NCBI GenBank assembly: GCA_977020255.1
Contig: CDROCS010000740.1
Span: 496,001 to 560,000, forward strand
DNA length: 64,000 nucleotides
Origin: Obrimoposthia wandeli
Taxonomy: Eukaryota
Reading direction: 5' to 3'
Both the position numbers and the translations under genes were made by a program. Shown in pieces: positions 61,301 through 64,000 of the stretch (positions within the stretch are counted from its first letter, which is position 1; every line of letters begins with the position of its first letter). The notes below the pieces were generated by a model. That model ran no database searches. It saw only the letters and a program-made list of their open reading frames with translations, and was not told the DNA's origin.

Positions 61301-63470
61301 GTGATTTGAGTAAATCAAATAAAGAATTCGTAATTGACTCCATAATTAACTCCATACTTGAATCATCAGAGAAGTTAGTAAAGTATAATAGAAACCAAAA
61401 AAGTAGATAATCATAAAATTACAGTTGGGAATTGTAGGACAGTAATTATGACATAGATGGTTATAGGATTCACTTAGTGGCGCCGCTATAAATACGAATT
61501 ATATCATGCATCCTTTTAATATTTCGTTTGTAATTGTTGTCATAACTGTGAAATTAGGCTCGAACATCTACTCATAAAAGTTGTTATAACGCAACTTAGA
61601 AAATCCCAACAATGATAAGACTCCAAAGCTATTAAGCCAAAATCTGAGTATGGATTATGTAAAAAATTCAAATAGTTGAAAAACAGATATATCATAAACA
61701 TATCAAAAATTAAATGACTATTTCGAATTTAAATAGTGCTATGAGCCTATGATTTATGTGACATATGACAAAAAGAATGTCAAATAGACTAAAGAAGTGT
61801 CAACTTCCATAAGACAAGTTCAATTTGTCACTTCAAAAACACTTAAAAATTAATCATTTGTATAATTACTCAATTAGTGAGATTGGAGAAGTTAATGTTA
61901 TTTAATAAATTATATTTATTACTCGAATTTATATGAATATAACTTTAGTACTAATGTTTGTCAACAGCATAAAGTATGTTAAGTATTAATAATATTAATA
62001 ATATTGATATAATAGAAATATAAATTTTCTTTCTGTCAAATTCTGCACTTTTAAAATTTAAAATTAAATTTAAATATACGAATTTTTTAAATAAATTTAT
62101 TTAAAACTCTTCATTATTTATTTTATTTTTAAAACTATTATAGTTTAAAACCCAAAATAATTTGCAGCATTTAATTGATGACAACATTTATTCTATAGCA
62201 GGGTTGAATGAATGGTGGACTAATCATTATGTTTAAGTTGTCTCAGGCTATAAATGAGTAATCTAATACCAAATAACAGAAAATTAAATCAGAGTCACTA
62301 AACGAATTTTTTCAAAATTGCAAATTGAAACTATTGAAGATAATGTCAAAATATGATGAAAAGTCGGAAAATGGTTGTTTAGTTATTTTAAAATAATTAT
62401 TAGTTTAAAACGAATTTATAATTATCATTATTCATTGGATTTGTTAAGCCGCTTAACAAGTTAAGCGTAAGGAAATTAACCAAATAGTGAAATATTTAAA
62501 CAACATCTTAATTGATTTAAAAGCAACTCATATTAATACGTTTAAGTATTAAATATACATGTGAATACAGTTCTATATATGGGTCTATGTATATGGACTC
62601 TCAAAAGTATTATATATATATATCTATATGCATTGTGTAATTGTATTAATAAAATATAATGTTGAAGTAATTTTATTTTAATGTTGAAATGGAGTTACAA
62701 GAATTTTAAAATTGTAATGTAGGAACCTTTTTTTTGAAACACGCTCTATCAACCGTGTTTTACGTTGAATACACATATACAAAATATTAATATGTATGTA
62801 CTTATTTATATATTATAATTTCAATACAATAATATTAATTACACAGTATTGATTTTTAATATGTTGATGGTTTTGATTGAAAAGCTATAAAACAATAGTG
62901 ACACAATATAACCATTGTTATTGTTATGTGTGTTATTGTAAAACATTTAATTCATTGCTATATTTATTTTAAATTATTTTTAAAAAATCAAATTGGTTTG
63001 AATTATTGCAGAACGCGAGATAAACATGTTCCATGTGTAATTGTTCCTGCAATGCACGCCTGGTATCTCTGCTTTGAAACCCCAACAAACTTTACATTTT
63101 CAAAATATCAAGAGTTTTACACTTCAGAAGCCTAACATTCATAAATTAAACTATTATATAAAATGAACATAAATAACACAAGGAACTATCGTTAAACTAT
63201 GTATTCGTAATAATAATATTATATTGCACATGTAAAATATGATCAGATGACTAATTCAAGATAAAAACTGAATTTTTTCTTTAATTCTGTATCTTTAACT
63301 TGAATTAAAATAATAATAATAAATCTTTCATTATTATTGTTAAAATAAATTTTTTCTAATTCTTCTTATGTGTTGGGATTTAAAATTAATTAAAAAAAAA
63401 TTTATGTCAATTCATTTAAATTGACATTTGACAGAAATGCCCACAATCAGGGAGGTACTTTTTATGTTCA

Positions 63471-63520
63471 ACCTCCAACGGGATAAACCCGTTTGGCCCT
63501 GCCGGGCTCGTCAGGGAGGT
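63471..63520 (-). ncRNA. Type I hammerhead ribozyme 2 (G12 to C change, probably inactive)
   Basis: Minus strand ACCUCC-CUGACGA-GCCC(GGCA)GGGC-CAAA-CGGG(UUUAU)CCCG-UU / GGAGGU. The cleavage position is between 63477 and 63476. Confidence 0.85.
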
Positions 63521-63824
63521 GGCATTATCTCTGACTTCGCAGTGGGCAAACGCCCGCGAAGCTAGAGATAATAATGATTGATGTAAGAATGCACATATGT
63601 GTAAAGAGGCATGCATCACACATCTACTCACATACACACATTCACTCACTCACACAGGTACTCACTACTCATCAAATCTGCGGTGTATGTATGTGAGTTA
63701 TTTTCCACCTGTCCAGAATTGTTGGGTCTTTAATTAAAATTAATTAATTTAAAAGTCAATTTAAATTGACATTTTCTAAAAATAATCTAAAGTGCCCACA
63801 ATTAGGGAGGTTTTTCAAAATTCA

Positions 63825-63876
63825 GCCTCCGACGGGTTGTTAGCCCGTTTCGCCTTGCCAGGCTCATCAGGAAGGC
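63825..63876 (-). ncRNA. Type I hammerhead ribozyme 3 (intact core)
   Basis: Minus strand GCCUUC-CUGAUGA-GCCU(GGCA)AGGC-GAAA-CGGG(CUAACAA)CCCG-UC / GGAGGC. Cleavage is predicted between 63831 and 63830. Confidence 0.95.
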
Positions 63877-64000
63877 GGCTATTTTTTGATAAAAATAAAA
63901 AGTGGTTTTGACCACCAAAGATTTTCCGCCCAGCTTTGCAGCAGATGCGGCGGCGGTTTGCCCTTTCTCGGCCGGTTCCGCAGTCCGCAGTTCCGTGTCT

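Larger units (their letters stand above)
63403..63876 (-). mobile_element. Retrozyme-like head-to-tail repeat, about 354-nt unit delimited by two hammerheads
   Basis: The sequence 3' of each ribozyme is repeated (GTCAAT..TTTAAATTGACATTT..TGCCCACAAT.AGGGAGGT at 63406-63456 and 63754-63811). The unit contains GTGA/GTAT tracts and the long hairpin also seen at 57130-57445. Confidence 0.7.

Noticed and set aside
1-64000. tRNA, rRNA or prokaryotic operons
   Set aside because: No cloverleaf or rRNA signature was recognised by eye, and spliceosomal introns show the DNA is eukaryotic. tRNAscan-SE and Infernal were not run.

Overview
AT-rich animal (invertebrate-like) genomic DNA; the taxon cannot be fixed from sequence alone. 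The left half (about 0.5-31 kb) is a nest of decayed mobile elements dominated by Polinton/Maverick (adintovirus-like) material. It has five AGTAGGG termini, three separate pPolB pieces, and one co-linear but frameshifted block (penton, small basic core protein, major capsid, adenain protease, accessory ORFs, pPolB). It also has a remnant pairing a TBP-like gene with a packaging ATPase, Gypsy, hAT and pogo scraps, two intact exons of a ChaC glutathione gamma-glutamylcyclotransferase gene, and the 3' end of an LTR retroelement that appears to carry a phosphatase-like ORF and an env-like ORF. The centre (32.6-47.5 kb) is a 7-exon host gene whose exon phases all fit and whose motifs match the FAM53 family (about 597 aa); its introns hold a near-intact DD37D (maT) transposon, a hAT MITE, a Merlin derivative and a 16-bp satellite. 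The right part has a decayed MYND-finger gene, an internally deleted Bel/Pao retrotransposon, a 34-bp array and three type I hammerhead ribozymes with covarying stems. Two of the ribozymes are head-to-tail 354 nt apart, a retrozyme-like arrangement the ORF track does not show. All family assignments are from motif recognition by eye; no database search was run.
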